DNA from: Trypanosoma brucei
Taxonomy: Eukaryota
Length of the DNA: 64,000 nucleotides
Assembly (NCBI GenBank): GCA_000002445.1
Contig: CP000071.1
Coordinates: forward strand, 384,001 to 448,000
Direction: 5' to 3'
Numbering within the stretch: position 1 is the first letter of the stretch; the number at the start of each line of letters is the position of its first letter. Made by a program: the position numbers and the translations under genes. The notes below the pieces were generated by a model. It worked only from the letters and a program-made list of their open reading frames with translations, searched no databases and was not told the DNA's origin. This document shows, in pieces, positions 44,242-57,100 of this stretch.

Positions 44242-45072
44242 CTAAGCGGCTTTAGCGGCGGCATCATTTCCAGCAGTGCGAGCACGCTTCTTGCGCAGTT
44301 CAGCGCGAGACCGGAGCGACAGCTGCAGACCTCCCCATTGGCGACGGATAACGTCACTGCGAGCAAGGAAGCGGGCATTCACAGAGCGAGTAAGGTTCTT
44401 CAGCGCAGCCTGGTCCTCCGCGTTGACGTCGGTAAAGGCAACACACGTGGCGGTTTTGCGACCAATCGCATCACCCAGGCGTGCCTTGTCCTTCACGATG
44501 GCGTACGGAATCTTGTTGGCGCGGCACAGAGTCGGCATCCATAACACCAACTCAATAGGATCCACGTTGTTGGCGATGAGCACAAGGCGCGCCGTCTTCT
44601 TTTCAATTGTGCGCGTCACCTCCTGCAGACCACTCACAACGCAGAGAGGGGCTTTCGTTGACACGGTCCCCTTGGGGTTCTTCTTCTTTTCCTCTGCAAC
44701 TTTTGTCAAACGATCCCTACGCGCCTTTCGGGTTTCCGGGGCGTACTTCTTAACCAACTTCAGCAGCTCGTTGCGACTGGAGCGGTCAAGCACCTTTGTG
44801 AATTGGTTCAGCGCCGGGGGTACCTTCAAGCGTCGCTGTAGCACGCGCTTCTTACGCTGCATCGTCACGAACGTGGGCCACCGCATGAATCGTGAAAGGT
44901 CACGAGCATAAGGGACATCACGCCCGATACCAAAATCCTTCGGGCGCGCCACGAAGGGTGATGGTGCTGCAGCAGAAGCCTTTGCCTTTTTCTGGGTAAC
45001 CTCAGGTTTCTTGTACGGGACCCCAGCCTTTTTGGTGGGCTTTACAGCCTTCTTCACCTCCTTGCCGGCCAT
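44242..45072 (-). CDS. RPL7A: 60S ribosomal protein L7a (eL8), copy 1 of a tandem pair
   Basis: 276 aa, MAGKEVKKAVKPTKKAG...VLIANNVDPIELVLWMPTLCRANKIPYAIVKDKARLG... (L7Ae/L30e fold). The ORF-track start at 45081 is an in-frame GTG; the first ATG is at 45072. Confidence 0.95.
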   Translation of the reverse strand: MAGKEVKKAVKPTKKAGVPYKKPEVTQKKAKASAAAPSPFVARPKDFGIGRDVPYARDLSRFMRWPTFVTMQRKKRVLQRRLKVPPALNQFTKVLDRSSRNELLKLVKKYAPETRKARRDRLTKVAEEKKKNPKGTVSTKAPLCVVSGLQEVTRTIEKKTARLVLIANNVDPIELVLWMPTLCRANKIPYAIVKDKARLGDAIGRKTATCVAFTDVNAEDQAALKNLTRSVNARFLARSDVIRRQWGGLQLSLRSRAELRKKRARTAGNDAAAKAA

Positions 45073-45327
45073 TTTCTTCACTCACAATCCACTATGTTAA
45101 TTCAATGAAAGGAGAGGCGAAATGGATATTTTTGTCAATGGTCAAGCGAGTGGCACCGCACACTACCTCCTCAGCCAAATTTACACTGCAACAGAAAGTG
45201 GCAGCATCGGATAGATCAGCCCAGCATCACATGTTCAAAGGAAAAAAATAGAAAGTAGCACGTACACACACACAACGTAGTAAATGCCAGAATACAGGAC
45301 AGATGAAAAGCGGCGGGGCACCAACTA

Positions 45328-46158
45328 CTAAGCGGCTTTAGCGGCGGCATCATTTCCAGCAGTGCGAGCACGCTTCTTGCGCAGTTCAGCGCGAGACCGG
45401 AGCGACAGCTGCAGACCTCCCCATTGGCGACGGATAACGTCACTGCGAGCAAGGAAGCGGGCATTCACAGAGCGAGTAAGGTTCTTCAGCGCAGCCTGGT
45501 CCTCCGCGTTGACGTCGGTAAAGGCAACACACGTGGCGGTTTTGCGACCAATCGCATCACCCAGGCGTGCCTTGTCCTTCACGATGGCGTACGGAATCTT
45601 GTTGGCGCGGCACAGAGTCGGCATCCATAACACCAACTCAATAGGATCCACGTTGTTGGCGATGAGCACAAGGCGCGCCGTCTTCTTTTCAATTGTGCGC
45701 GTCACCTCCTGCAGACCACTCACAACGCAGAGAGGGGCTTTCGTTGACACGGTCCCCTTGGGGTTCTTCTTCTTTTCCTCTGCAACTTTTGTCAAACGAT
45801 CCCTACGCGCCTTTCGGGTTTCCGGGGCGTACTTCTTAACCAACTTCAGCAGCTCGTTGCGACTGGAGCGGTCAAGCACCTTTGTGAATTGGTTCAGCGC
45901 CGGGGGTACCTTCAAGCGTCGCTGTAGCACGCGCTTCTTACGCTGCATCGTCACGAACGTGGGCCACCGCATGAATCGTGAAAGGTCACGAGCATAAGGG
46001 ACATCACGCCCGATACCAAAATCCTTCGGGCGCGCCACGAAGGGTGATGGTGCTGCAGCAGAAGCCTTTGCCTTTTTCTGGGTAACCTCAGGTTTCTTGT
46101 ACGGGACCCCAGCCTTTTTGGTGGGCTTTACAGCCTTCTTCACCTCCTTGCCGGCCAT
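45328..46158 (-). CDS. RPL7A: 60S ribosomal protein L7a (eL8), copy 2 of a tandem pair
   Basis: Protein identical to copy 1. Nucleotide identity appears to run only from the start codon to about 3 nt past the stop; the flanks differ. Confidence 0.95.
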   Translation of the reverse strand: MAGKEVKKAVKPTKKAGVPYKKPEVTQKKAKASAAAPSPFVARPKDFGIGRDVPYARDLSRFMRWPTFVTMQRKKRVLQRRLKVPPALNQFTKVLDRSSRNELLKLVKKYAPETRKARRDRLTKVAEEKKKNPKGTVSTKAPLCVVSGLQEVTRTIEKKTARLVLIANNVDPIELVLWMPTLCRANKIPYAIVKDKARLGDAIGRKTATCVAFTDVNAEDQAALKNLTRSVNARFLARSDVIRRQWGGLQLSLRSRAELRKKRARTAGNDAAAKAA

Positions 46159-46514
46159 TGTGGAGTACTATCGTTTCCCGAAAAAGGAGTAACGGAAGTG
46201 AGGGGTTAGTGAACAAACCTCTAACAGAAAGCGGCTCAGTGGTGGGCAAACACACGGAGCAATGTGAACAGAGAGCGTGAAAATGATGTGTATATACCGA
46301 CAACGAACTATTTGTACAGAAAAGCAAAAACCGCTGTGATTTTGAGTTAGAAACCCTAACACGTTGAACTAGCGAAAAAAACATTTTTTTAACACCTTCG
46401 CTTCATTGGTACTTAGGATCACACTCCCTAAACATGTAACCCCTACGACCTTTGATTCCATGCACACGGCTGTGCCTCTTCCCTTGACACATGTCCCCAT
46501 CTGTGTTTACCTTC

Positions 46515-47603
46515 TTAATCACGACCGTTGGGTCTACTAACGATATCCCGCATATTTTGCCCGGGAGATCCGTTGGAAACTAACAACCGTAGGCCACAGT
46601 TTTCTACCTTAGCACTCGCGACATTGTCATCCTTACCCGTGCCATCACCGTTTGTATCACAGCTCCAGAACTGCATCTCCACATCTCTCTCTATCCTCCT
46701 CTTCTCTCGTTCGAGGAAGTATCGGAACACGCGCCGAAAGGCAGATTGCTCACCCTCACCGTAGAGGTCAGCCTCATCGCTGCTAAAACTTAGCGTGTCC
46801 TCGTCAGAAACGAAGTGGGCGTCGTCTCGTGTGCTCCTGTCTGTGCCCCTGCTATGGTTCCTTTGTAGTGAAGAATCTGTTTCAGAGGTTTTGCCGAGGC
46901 TATCGTTAATGGGGAATTTCCCGGTGTGACCGCCACCCCCTCCCCAGGACTCGTTAAACACCTCGTCATTATTATACGATAAACTAAACCCACTCTCGAT
47001 TTCAAGCTTATTGCGCCGTCGCAACTCCTTACGTATGTAGTGCCCCCTCCCCTGCCGCCCAGGCGGGAAAAGACAGAGCTCCTGCGTACTGAGGTTCATG
47101 AATCGTACCACCCCGGAAGTGGTACGACACAATACCCATCCATCAGGTACGTCATCGACCAAAAGCATCTCCTCGATCATGATCAGGAGGTCGTCATCAC
47201 GCGGGGAGCGCAGCCCAACGCTACAGCGAAACTCTGCTATGTCCTCCACCGATAACATGGTGGCGGCACCTCCATCGCCGCATCTGCCTCCCTCCGCGTC
47301 GCTACCGCCGTCACCGTCCTCGTCTCCGTCAACTTCATCCTCGATGCGCGTGATCACCACGCATGGTGGTGGAACATCACACCCTTTCCACCGCCTAAAG
47401 CCAGAAAACTTACGCTCCGCTCGCTTGCGGGCCGCTCGCCGCCATCTTGCTAAGAAGAGCCTCGTGCGTAAAACCGCCGCATACGCTATGAGACATACGC
47501 CACCACCCAGCCAAGGAACCCACTGCGGAACAGTTGACAGCACTGCGCGCCTTGCATCTGAGAGCGTCTCCGCCTCGTAGAGGTCGTGCCACAGTTTCTG
47601 CAT
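46515..47603 (-). CDS. Hypothetical membrane protein (362 aa) with a WW-like motif
   Basis: The ORF-track start at 47717 is a GTG; the first ATG (MQKLWHDLY...) is at 47603. N-terminal hydrophobic segment VPWLGGGVCLIAYAAVL. WW-like block VPDGWVLCRTTSGVVRFMNLSTQELCLFPP (PxGW...R.T..G...F.N..T.E.....PP). Acidic D/G/E-rich linker. Confidence 0.55.
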   Translation of the reverse strand: MQKLWHDLYEAETLSDARRAVLSTVPQWVPWLGGGVCLIAYAAVLRTRLFLARWRRAARKRAERKFSGFRRWKGCDVPPPCVVITRIEDEVDGDEDGDGGSDAEGGRCGDGGAATMLSVEDIAEFRCSVGLRSPRDDDLLIMIEEMLLVDDVPDGWVLCRTTSGVVRFMNLSTQELCLFPPGRQGRGHYIRKELRRRNKLEIESGFSLSYNNDEVFNESWGGGGGHTGKFPINDSLGKTSETDSSLQRNHSRGTDRSTRDDAHFVSDEDTLSFSSDEADLYGEGEQSAFRRVFRYFLEREKRRIERDVEMQFWSCDTNGDGTGKDDNVASAKVENCGLRLLVSNGSPGQNMRDIVSRPNGRD

Positions 47604-48136
47604 TACGACAGTGCAGCCGCACCACCCACGGCCCAGTGGAAAGTAGCAGTGACAATATGGGTGCGCAGCTAATAGAAGCGAAAATCGGTGGGAGCTATAA
47701 AGAGGAAAGCAGAACAATGCTCACACAAATCCTCCCCTGTTGTAAATCTAAGAGGTAGCAGGGGAAAAAATCATACAGTTATTGAAGCGATGCGGAAACG
47801 GTTCGAAGAAAAAACAATTAACGAAGACATCTACCAACTTTTATATGCAGATACATGACCACAGCCATGAAAACATCGGCTCCCACACCGAGTCGCCGAT
47901 CATTGACAATAACAGATACGAAAGAAAGATTTGCTATACATATCCGACGGGAAATAATGGAATACCCTCCTTGAGGGAGCCAACCTGAGACAACGATGAA
48001 AGAAAAAAAGAGACAGCAAACGAACGCACGCCCTCATTGTCAAGTTTCACGGCGCCACGACTACGCTCACGAAGCAACGCGTCACAGGCATTCACCACAA
48101 CTATTCAAAAAAAAAAATGAGTCAACCTACCCTCGG

Positions 48137-51100
48137 TCACGATACGGCTATAAAGAACCCCAAGCTGTCACCAAGGGTGTCCACCACAGGACCACTGGAC
48201 GCCAATGCTTTACGCCCACCTCCTCTGCCGCCCAGTGGTCTTTGCCCCACAGATCGCGGGGGTGTCGCGTTTAACTCCGACCGTTCACAAGCCGGTACTG
48301 TGACGTACAGTGGTAGTTCGAATAGGGGCTGCCAAACGCGGCTGGTTGCCTCGTCGGGCTTATCGTCGGGATTCAGGGGGTGACTCACAGCCCACTGTAG
48401 ATCTAGTCCAACCACCGGCACAGTGGCGACGGACCGTTTTACCACGTCGCAAACCTGAGGGGGTTCAGGTTCTGTCAAGAAAAGAACGCTATTACACATC
48501 GCACTGCCCTCCTGGCGTGGCTCAGAGCCCTTCTTCCCTGAACGCAGGTCCCACAGTACGCCACTCGGCTGTCGCGAAGGACAGTCTGTAAAATCGCTCT
48601 GATACCGAACGGCGATAACGATATCCATATCATGCTTGCTGGCACCTACCTCCTTGTTCCATCTCATTTCACATGGCTTCCAACCGGCCTGTATCGATAC
48701 CTCCCGCTCCAATTGCCGCGAGGGCGCAGCACCAGTGAGGAGGACGTCGTCGTGAAGGAGCATGTAGCGCCGTGTCACTACCAAAACCGCCTCAATGTGG
48801 CTCAGCAAATCACCCTTCCGCTCCAACGCATCTGCCAAGAGTATATTGAGCAGGAGCTTTGGATACTGCAACGCAGGCAGCCATACACTGAGAACGGACC
48901 CGGGCTGCCATCCCCTGAACTGCGCTGTCGCAACTCGCAGCCGTGAGGATAACTCTTTGTGCTGGGCGCGTTCCAATGCCCTGACAGTTTTCTCTCCATA
49001 GACCCCCTCCCACACAAGCAGTAACGATACAGCCGAATTTGACTCAAAGTCTTCATGGGGCTCCGTTTGAGAAGCACCATCTACCCCACCCTGTGAGCAT
49101 AATGGTCCATCTGAGGTGCTAAACAGCGGATCAGCCCTCGTAGAGAAAGGAACACCACAAAGGCTTCTCCGCAAGGCACTACTTGCCATGCTTCGGTATG
49201 TCACAATCGTGTGGTCGTCTCCACAAAGATGGAGGAAACTTTTGTCGGAACGACGCAGAGTCGCCATGAAGACCTCATCAGTTGGCTTCTCCCTGAGAAG
49301 CTCGTCCAGTGCAGTGCTGTAGCACAAACGCCCGTCATCCCTCAGCATCAACAGGGGACCACGCTCGTACAGCATGTTTTCAATTAGCAAACAACCTTGA
49401 TGTCTTTCGCTTCGAGATGTGTACACGAGGTAGGCCACTTTATTAAAGAGACGGTACAGCCGCTCACTAATTGACCTCCTCTGCAAGGTTGCGCTCTTCA
49501 GCTCCGTACTTGACACAGTGTGGGTTGCGGCGTGTAAAGTAGTGGATGGGTGCCTCTTGGATGACGGCTCCTCCTCCTGTGGGTCATCTAGCTGTTTGAG
49601 CGAAACGAGACGCAGGATGAGAAGAAGATCATCAGTGTTGATGTCCGTCCGATACAAATCAGTGAATACGTTGTCAAGTCCCCTATCCTCCACAAGAGCA
49701 CGCTGGACAGCACCCCCAGCACTGATTCCGGCGTGTAGCTCGAGGACATAGCCCAACGGCGTAACCATGGTGTTGCCCCGGTCGCCTCTCTTGCACGAGT
49801 CCAAATGACTGCAACTGACCCCCGATTTGGTACATTCCCTCTCAAGAAGAAGTGTCACACCCTCTCTTTTCCACGGTGGAGCAAACACCTTCCCCCCAAT
49901 GACGGAAAGCAACTGGTGCCGCGGTGACACCGAATCCACTACTACGGGAAAGCACCACTCCTGCATGGCGCGAACCACGTTATTCCGTACCATATTAGGG
50001 GCGCCCCTAACAGTGCAACACAGTACAACAGGTGTGCGTGTCGAGTGGCCACCACCCCGGAGTAGACCCCATATCCCGTACCGCCATAAGGCAGAGAACC
50101 TGCTTGAAATTGCTTGCAGGAATGACGCCTCCTCAGACACGCCAGCTGGCGGCACAAACACGGCCATAACGCAGTGGCCACGCACAACGTGGGTAGGAGG
50201 TTGTTGAAATGAATGACTGACATAACCCACAAGCTGATCCAAGTCCCTTACATTGGTTACGGTGAGGTACCGAAAGAAGAAACTAGCCGAGTTCGCACGC
50301 TGCCTAACATAACCGACCAATTCATGTGTGTTGGCTCCCTTCAGAAGCAATGGAATCGATGTGTTCCCGGAAAACTGCCACCATTCTTCACTATACCGCA
50401 GATTAGTGCACTGACTGTCAAGGGAGTCGTATATGGACAAACCCCCCTCTTCCGTGACTTTCTTCTTCACCGATGTGAAAAACGCGGCATAGAGGTCAGA
50501 AGCAGCCGCATCGCATGCCCTGTGGTTCAGCAACATCCACTGTTGAAAAAGGAAACGGATTAATTCTTCACCAGCTTTCAACACCCATGAAGTATTTGTA
50601 TCCTTAACGAAGAGCGTGCTCTCCAAACTCAGACCGCTCTCGGTGTCATCAAGCGTGGAGTTATCACGGGCAATACTATTTAGCAACGGGTCCATTGATG
50701 ATTCGTACAGGTTCCTTACTGTCTGCTTATCAGCAGCAATATTTTGCCGAGTGAGCAGCCGGTTCAGTACATCGTATTGTTGGGAAGTGAGAAAGGTGAT
50801 GTGGGAAGAATACAGCACACCCGAGTGAGCCAACATAAAGCCGCAGCTGTGCACCACGGTGGACAGAATATACCATGCGAAGATGCCACGCAGTTCCATG
50901 GGCCAGCCGGAAGCCATCACATCCACAAGGCTCTCAACGAAGTTTACCGTTGCATAAAAGTCTCTCTGTGGTGGTGGTAGCTTGTCAAAAGTTCCAGGTG
51001 ATATGCGACGCACGTAGGCACTCGACAAGTTTGTTGCACCCACAATGAACGGTTCCAGCATGCGCCATTCCCACAACCTTCCTAATATCTCTTTCTCTAT

Positions 51101-54100
51101 GACACGTACAGCCCGCTCCGCCGCTTGAATCCCCCGTTTAAGTCCCTCCCACAAAGAGGCCAGTGGTTTTTGCACGCTTTTGTTGTGCGCCTCGATGCGT
51201 AGCACAGTCATGTGGAGGGTGTGCAACTCGCGAAGAAGGAAATCAAGTCGTTCGAGCTCGCCGTTGTTGTTCCCAGCCAGCTCGTCAAGGTCACCGCTTA
51301 ACATCTCTCTGACCTCTGGTAGCGTTACACGAAAGGCACAGAGTGCGTCATTGTCTTGCTTGTCGCGCACACTAAAGACATTCTCCACCAATGGTCTTGC
51401 GTACGCCGTCGGGCACCCTAAGAGTATCGTGTGAACTCCCTCCTCTATCCGACGCGGACTGGGAATGTTGACGACCGTAGTGTAGCAACGCGTGGCAGCC
51501 TTAGCTTCTTCGTGTAGCATAACCGCAGGAGAAACACAAACCATGAGAAAACTGGGCTTTACAGGCACTTCCTGCCCAAATAGTGTGCACCTCAAGTTAC
51601 GCTTTTGCAGCGCCGCCTGCGGTAACGCCTTCAGCAACAACAGTAGAGGTCGCAAACGCTCCAGCACAGAAGGGGCATGCACGTCACATATGAGTAGACC
51701 GATCCCCGAACTAGCTGCCCTAACCACCTCGTCGCAGAAGTCCTTCTGCATTACGGAAACAACGACGCAGTCACCGCAGATGAACGCCAGACAGCGGCCC
51801 AAAACCTCTTCAAAAACGTTTGTTACACCGCAAAAGATCGGGCAGTTGGAAAAGATCTTCTGGAGCAATCCTGCGATGCATTGTCGTTCATAGGTAGAAC
51901 ATGCCGATAGAAGCAAACTTTCGACCGTCTCGTCGACGCTAGGAAACAGCAGTGAAGCTGCGGGGTCCTCCAAATCCGCCGGGGCCTGGATACCCCAATC
52001 ACAAAGAAGTGAGTACAGAGCTTTGTGGCAGGACCGTTGCACCTCAAGTGGTAAAGAGGCAAAAAACGCAAAATGAGCAGCAACCATAATAACGGCACCC
52101 TCACCCTTTGCCATCTCGTTGCACTGCGCCGCAGTTTTGCCTGGTGTATGGAACAAGGAAAACCTATCCAGAGCGTCCGTTATAAATTCAAGGGATTTTT
52201 GGCGCTTCGTCATATCCACTACCGTCGTTTCTAGGCCCTGGCTCTTCTCATCTACGTTGTTAACTTCCTGTTCAACACATTCAATTTTCCTTCTGGACTC
52301 GGAGACGCCACACCCCGCTTCGTTCTTTCTATCTTCAATAGTTGTGTACTCAAGACGCAAGCTGTCTAATTCCATCTGTTCAATCTGCAGCTCCTTCTTC
52401 ACCCGCACAGCCTCCATGACGGACAAAAGGTAATCCGACAAAGCATCAGCAAAGGGTGAAACATCGGTAAACCGTACACCGCGCAACGAGGAATGGACAC
52501 TCGCAAGGGACTCGTACGACAAACTCTCATGATCCAAATCTCGGAGCCGGGCGATAAATTTGGATGCTGTCATGATGCTTCTACCGCGGTCCCACACATC
52601 TCTTGTCGACGTTGCACGAAGATCCTCCCCCAACACCCTACAGACAGCCTTTACAAGCAACACGCCCTTGGGCGAAGGCAAGCTGCTTGCATATTGCCTG
52701 ATCTGCGCCGTCTTCATTGAACACAAACGAGCTTTTGTAGAGGAAAGACCATCGCTGATACTTTCCCTCTTTAGGCGAAGCGCGTTTTCCGCCGCGGTCA
52801 CCAGCGGCAACAAGTCACATGACTTCCTCTGCAAAAATTCCCACTCACTCTGATGCCGTGTGGCGCACTCCTTGGACCTCTCCAACCTAGCCACCAGCTC
52901 CCCACGGTGCTGGACAACGGTCACCTTCGTCTCCTCCGCCTCTTTACTTTTGTTGGCGTACTCCTGCATTTTTGTGGGAATGGCGTTGAACAGATCGTCA
53001 ACTCTAAGGGACTGAGAGACACAATGGCATATCCTAAACAAAGTCCCTCTAAGACGGTTAGCTAGTGTGGCGAACTCCTGCAACTGCTCAACAGAAATCT
53101 CGGTGTTTGTTCGTAGACAAAAAAATATGTCACATAGAAGCTGAGAGTAGGGACGTCCCAGTAGCGTCTCCGTATCCATAGGAACTCCCAAAAAGCAGGG
53201 TATGGACTCCACAGGTGCATCCTTTCCACAACCTTCTCCCCCTGGCGGTACATCCGCACTTTCGGCCCTCCCCGTTTCTGGTACGACAAATGTCGCCTTC
53301 TCGCTGCGGATCACCACATCGACATGTTCTCTCAGCATATCCGGGGCGTGCAGCACCACGGGAAGCATTTGCAGTACGAAAGGAATCACAGTGCCCAGAC
53401 GCCTCATTTCCTCAAAGCTAACAAAATGTGCTACAATACTCAAACGGGAGGAAATGCGTTCCCGCAACTGCACCTCTTCCGCAGGAGTGAGTTTCCCACT
53501 TTGGCGTTGTATGCCCCGCCGTCCGTGTAATAGGTACAGCTGCTCTTCAACAGAAAACAGTTGCCTAACATTACCACCGCGCAGTGTGTAATAAAGAAGA
53601 CTCAGTGGCCAAACCAGTGTTAGCACCTCATTAGGAACAAACACCACCATGCGACTCCCGCTACGGCAGGTGCCTTGCAGGATTTCAATGAGTTCTCGAG
53701 TAAACGAATTCTTCGCATCCGGAGCAGCAAAATCAGACAGCAATGACCTCAAGTTCACGCCCCTTCCGGCGGCCCACACGTGCAGTGCTCGACGGATGCC
53801 GATGCCGTAGGCCCCAACAAGAGCAACATGAGAGCCTTCCTGTCTCAAACAATGGTGCACATCTGATATCAACGAAACCGTCCAATGTGGGGTACAATTC
53901 ACATGCGGCGCCCCCCCAACGGCTGCCTGTTGCTGTGCCTCCTTTGTGGACGGCGATTCCATACGCGACTTGCCCGTCGATATATAAGGGGATTCACTAC
54001 GGATCTCATCGACAAGGGCAGGCGGCATCATCACGTCGTGCTTCTCCAGCCATTTCCTGATGACGTCGTGTCCCACAGATGGATACTCAAGGCTGTTCAA

Positions 54101-57100
54101 CACCTCAGTTACGTAGGTTTCGTCAGCACCCTCGCGCTGGCGTGCGCCAGGGGAGTACCGCATGGTCTCCTTCGCCATCTTAAGAAGCTCAGCCATTAAC
54201 TCTTCTCGGCGGCCTTCGCCAGCAATAAGAGGCATGAAAAACGTGTAAACCGAATGGTATATACCCTTTACGATACTCGCCTCATCTAACTGAGTGGAAA
54301 GAATACGCAACACCTTGTCCACAACCCTGAGAAGAACGTAAGGATAGGGTAACTGTGATTGATTGTCGGCCCTGTCATCAGAAAAACTCAGGAGAGACGT
54401 GTCTTCGAATGCACAAATCCCCTCGATGCTCGCCAGTGTACTCTTCAGCCGATCTAAACCCGAGTGGTTGTCCCCGAGCAGCGAATTTATGAAGTGGAAA
54501 GCCATACTCTGCGAGGCAATGAGAAAGTCGCCCACGCCCTTCAAAAACCCCTCTCCGCGCCGTACGCCCCTTGTTTTGCCAATAAGTTTCTCCACTTCAT
54601 GCAGTATTTCATCCTCAATAAAATCTGGTATCATTATCCGAAGGACGCTGTTTTCCACCTCAGGTTCGTGAGGCGGTGTCGGTAACGAGGTTCCTACACA
54701 TATAACATCCTTTATGGGCACGTAGCCCTTTGACGGTGTGCACAGAGCAGAGTAGTGGTCAATGAAAGCGAAGACACACATGGCTTGGGGATATCCCATT
54801 TCTCCAACGAGGTGGACATCATCAACACATAGCACTAACCTCTGCCCAGATGAAGGTACATATGTGTTGTGTTGGGAGCGAGAAAGACCCTGAAGCAATG
54901 CATCCTGTACATCTCCAGCGGTGCACGCTACCGTGTTGTGAACCAACTCATATGCCCACCGGCTGCTACACCGCATGTGATTTAAGAGAGTCGACTTCCC
55001 CTGACCCCGCTCCCCCACAAGCAGAACTGGCTGGCCCACCGCGGCCATATATTCTAAGTGCATTAGCGTCCGCTGTCGTGAACGCAAGGGGAAAAAGTAC
55101 GTCCACGCGTGTTGTTTAAAGTTTACACCCGGATCCCTGGACGCCCACGGGGTAGGAAACCCAACATCACTAGCCTCCTTGCCCAATTTCTTCCACCCAA
55201 ATGGTGTCGCAATATAGTTCAAAAGGTCGTCGTCTGGTGGAAATATAACATTCTCATCCACACCTATATGCTGTGCCACAGCTGTTAGGCCACTTTGCGA
55301 CTTCTTAAACGCAACAATACCCGTAGAGATTTCGCTTACTTGCATGCATAACATAACCGACCAGCAGGTCGCAAAAACAGCGCACTGAGATGCGAAAACA
55401 TCATCGCTTGAATGTTCGCCCTCCGCCTTGCCACACGATCGCGCAAACGCATACCATCGCTTGTAAAACCTGGAGCAGCGGCACACAACGCCGAACACAT
55501 CTTCGTCTAAACTAGAAATCCTTGGCACTGCGCTCACGTCGAGCACAGCCTCGATAAGTGCCGATATTACAGGGAATGCCGCGCCTGGGCTACAGTTCGG
55601 ATCGCTGTAGAGTTCATTTTTTAGCAAATCCTTCCATCCAGACGGCTCCGGCAGGGCATATATAGCCACCTCACTCACTATACGTGGATTGGCAGATTCT
55701 AAGGTAGTAACCACAGTGATAATGCGTGTTGACGAACCTTGTATAAAATCCGGTCCAGAGTACGACCGGACTCTTACATGCGCTGCGCTCTCCAAAAAAG
55801 TGGGTACATCCACCACGTTCGTGTGTTCCATCACAATCGTATGAGTCGATATCGGGTCCCACTTCCTAGCAATGGAAACAAGTAAACCAGGTCGGGATTC
55901 GTCGCCATACACTTCCGCCGAGCATAGAAGCCGGTGGGAAAGGACAATATAGTGCGTGTCCCCGACCCAACTCTTCCACAACGGGGTCTTCCCGGAATAT
56001 GCAGACCCCACGAGCATGGCGTTTTTGTTGAATTTCATGAAGTAGGTAAAACGTTCCAAACAACTATCGAACCCCAACTTTGACTTGAACTTCTCCAATA
56101 CCTCCTCCAAGACGTGTCGCGGGATCCCAAGTGTGTGAACAACGTTCCACTCGAAGAGTTTCAGCAGTCGCTCGTCCGACTCAATAACGTGCCAAAACTG
56201 CCGCAAAAATGCCGAGCACAGACTTTCAGCCATTGTCCCCGTTTTGCAGTCAGCAGCGTCTCGAATTACCGACAAGAAACTCCTGCACGTGAAGACAGCA
56301 GGCAACATCGCAACAAACTGGGAAAACATTGTGGCCAGTCTTTGCCCAATACTTGCGAAATGAGGCACCCCAAGTGCCTGGAGCGTACCCTGGGCGAGCA
56401 ACCCTAGGTCCACAGAAGGTACATAAATCGGTCGAAAGGCAAGACTGAGAGCGGTGGGTATTTCATCGAGCTCACGTGTTGTGAGAACAACATGAAAGCA
56501 CGCATCCCTGATGGCACATATAGAATTATCGCCTGCCTGAAACTCTACCGTTGACATACCACCGTCATTGTGTCTCTTTTCATTGCGACATGCTGACTCA
56601 ACACCTTTGAGAAGCGCTGAGACTGAATCGGCTAACTCCCTGCCCAGAAGTTCAATGTCCTTTAGGCACAATATCACTCCCGCGCCCAAGCAACCACGTA
56701 AGGCACGCACAATGCCCTCGAATGGCAGAGTCGGATGGCATTGGAGGAACCAACAGAAGCGGCCCAAGTACTGTGCATAATATTCTAGCTCCGAGTTTTC
56801 GTTGTTCTTCCCGATAAGAATAGGGAAGGAAGATGCTCTTATCGACATAAGCATGCTGCACAATCCCTTCTCAACATACTCAGGAGTCAAAATGGGAATG
56901 TTATAGTCTCCAAAAAACTCCATACCGTAGGGTAACTGAAGGCCCATCATCTGTACAACAATTTTTCCGCCTTCCAGCAACGTTTGCACCATCGCTGTGG
57001 CTTTAAGATCCTCCAGCGTTTCAACACCGGATTTGCTGACCAGTCGCAGTTCATCCCGGTACCGTAAGAGAGAGGTAATGGCAGTACTAAGGATTCTCTG

